The notes under the pieces were generated by a model. The model was given only the letters and a program-made list of their open reading frames with translations. It was not told the DNA's origin and did not search any database. Below are positions 63,786-64,000 of a stretch of DNA of 64,000 nucleotides, in pieces (position 1 is the first letter of the stretch; the number at the start of each line of letters is the position of its first letter). Source of the stretch: an uncultured Gammaproteobacteria bacterium (lineage in GTDB: Bacteria; Pseudomonadota; Gammaproteobacteria; JACCXJ01); assembly GCA_963764725.1 (NCBI GenBank), contig CAVXTM010000018.1:480001-544000 (forward strand), given 5' to 3'. The position numbers and the translations under genes are program-made.

Positions 63786-64000
63786 TTACGCAGGAGAGAA
63801 TGGATTCACAATCTGTAAACCATTGAGCCGCTGACCTGTCTGCAGGTCCTCGCTGTAGAGGACGGTACAACCGTTGGCGAGAGCCGCGCGTACGATCAGC
63901 GCATCCCAGAAGGAGAGCGCATGAAGGCGATGAAAGTCAATGGCGCCCAGTATGAGATCGAGGTCGACTTGCACGACATCCAGCCGGGCAAAAATCTCCA
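63786..64000 (-). CDS. PIN-domain toxin, C-terminal part (runs off window)
   Basis: LSFWDALIVRAA..GCTVLYSEDLQ.GQ...IVNPF. Confidence 0.88.
   Translation of the reverse strand, partial: EIFARLDVVQVDLDLILGAIDFHRLHALSFWDALIVRAALANGCTVLYSEDLQTGQRLNGLQIVNPFSPA

Overview
This GC-rich, probably proteobacterial window is an accessory region under heavy decay. It holds three copies of the 3' half of tRNA-Phe (3961, 22723, 62057) that look like att sites of stacked integrative elements. Two lie next to vapBC-type toxin-antitoxin modules and the third next to a truncated tyrosine integrase. Mobile DNA is dense: four ISL3 copies with a conserved A7 slippery site, IS5 (two types), IS4/IS10, IS3, two IS1380, an ISKra4/ISLre2-like element, IS630/IS91/IS21 stubs and about nine remnants of 'integrase core (rve)' elements. 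There are also two group II intron remnants, a group-II-like structured leader ahead of a non-RT ORF, and one integron gene cassette (DUF167 with attC). Intact cargo includes a SNF2 helicase, BON/general stress genes, a PAS-GGDEF cyclase, an MDR oxidoreductase, mscL, DUF885, a B12 radical SAM enzyme, an acyl-CoA synthetase, an ADC-family protein, a GNAT, a coupled Zn-peptidase/ATP-grasp pair and HU. Many genes are fragments or frameshifted (mug, Ku, ligD, metE-like, serpin, cspA, SRAP, dinB, ROK). No CRISPR array, rRNA or intact tRNA was seen. All family calls come from motif recognition by eye, not database searches.
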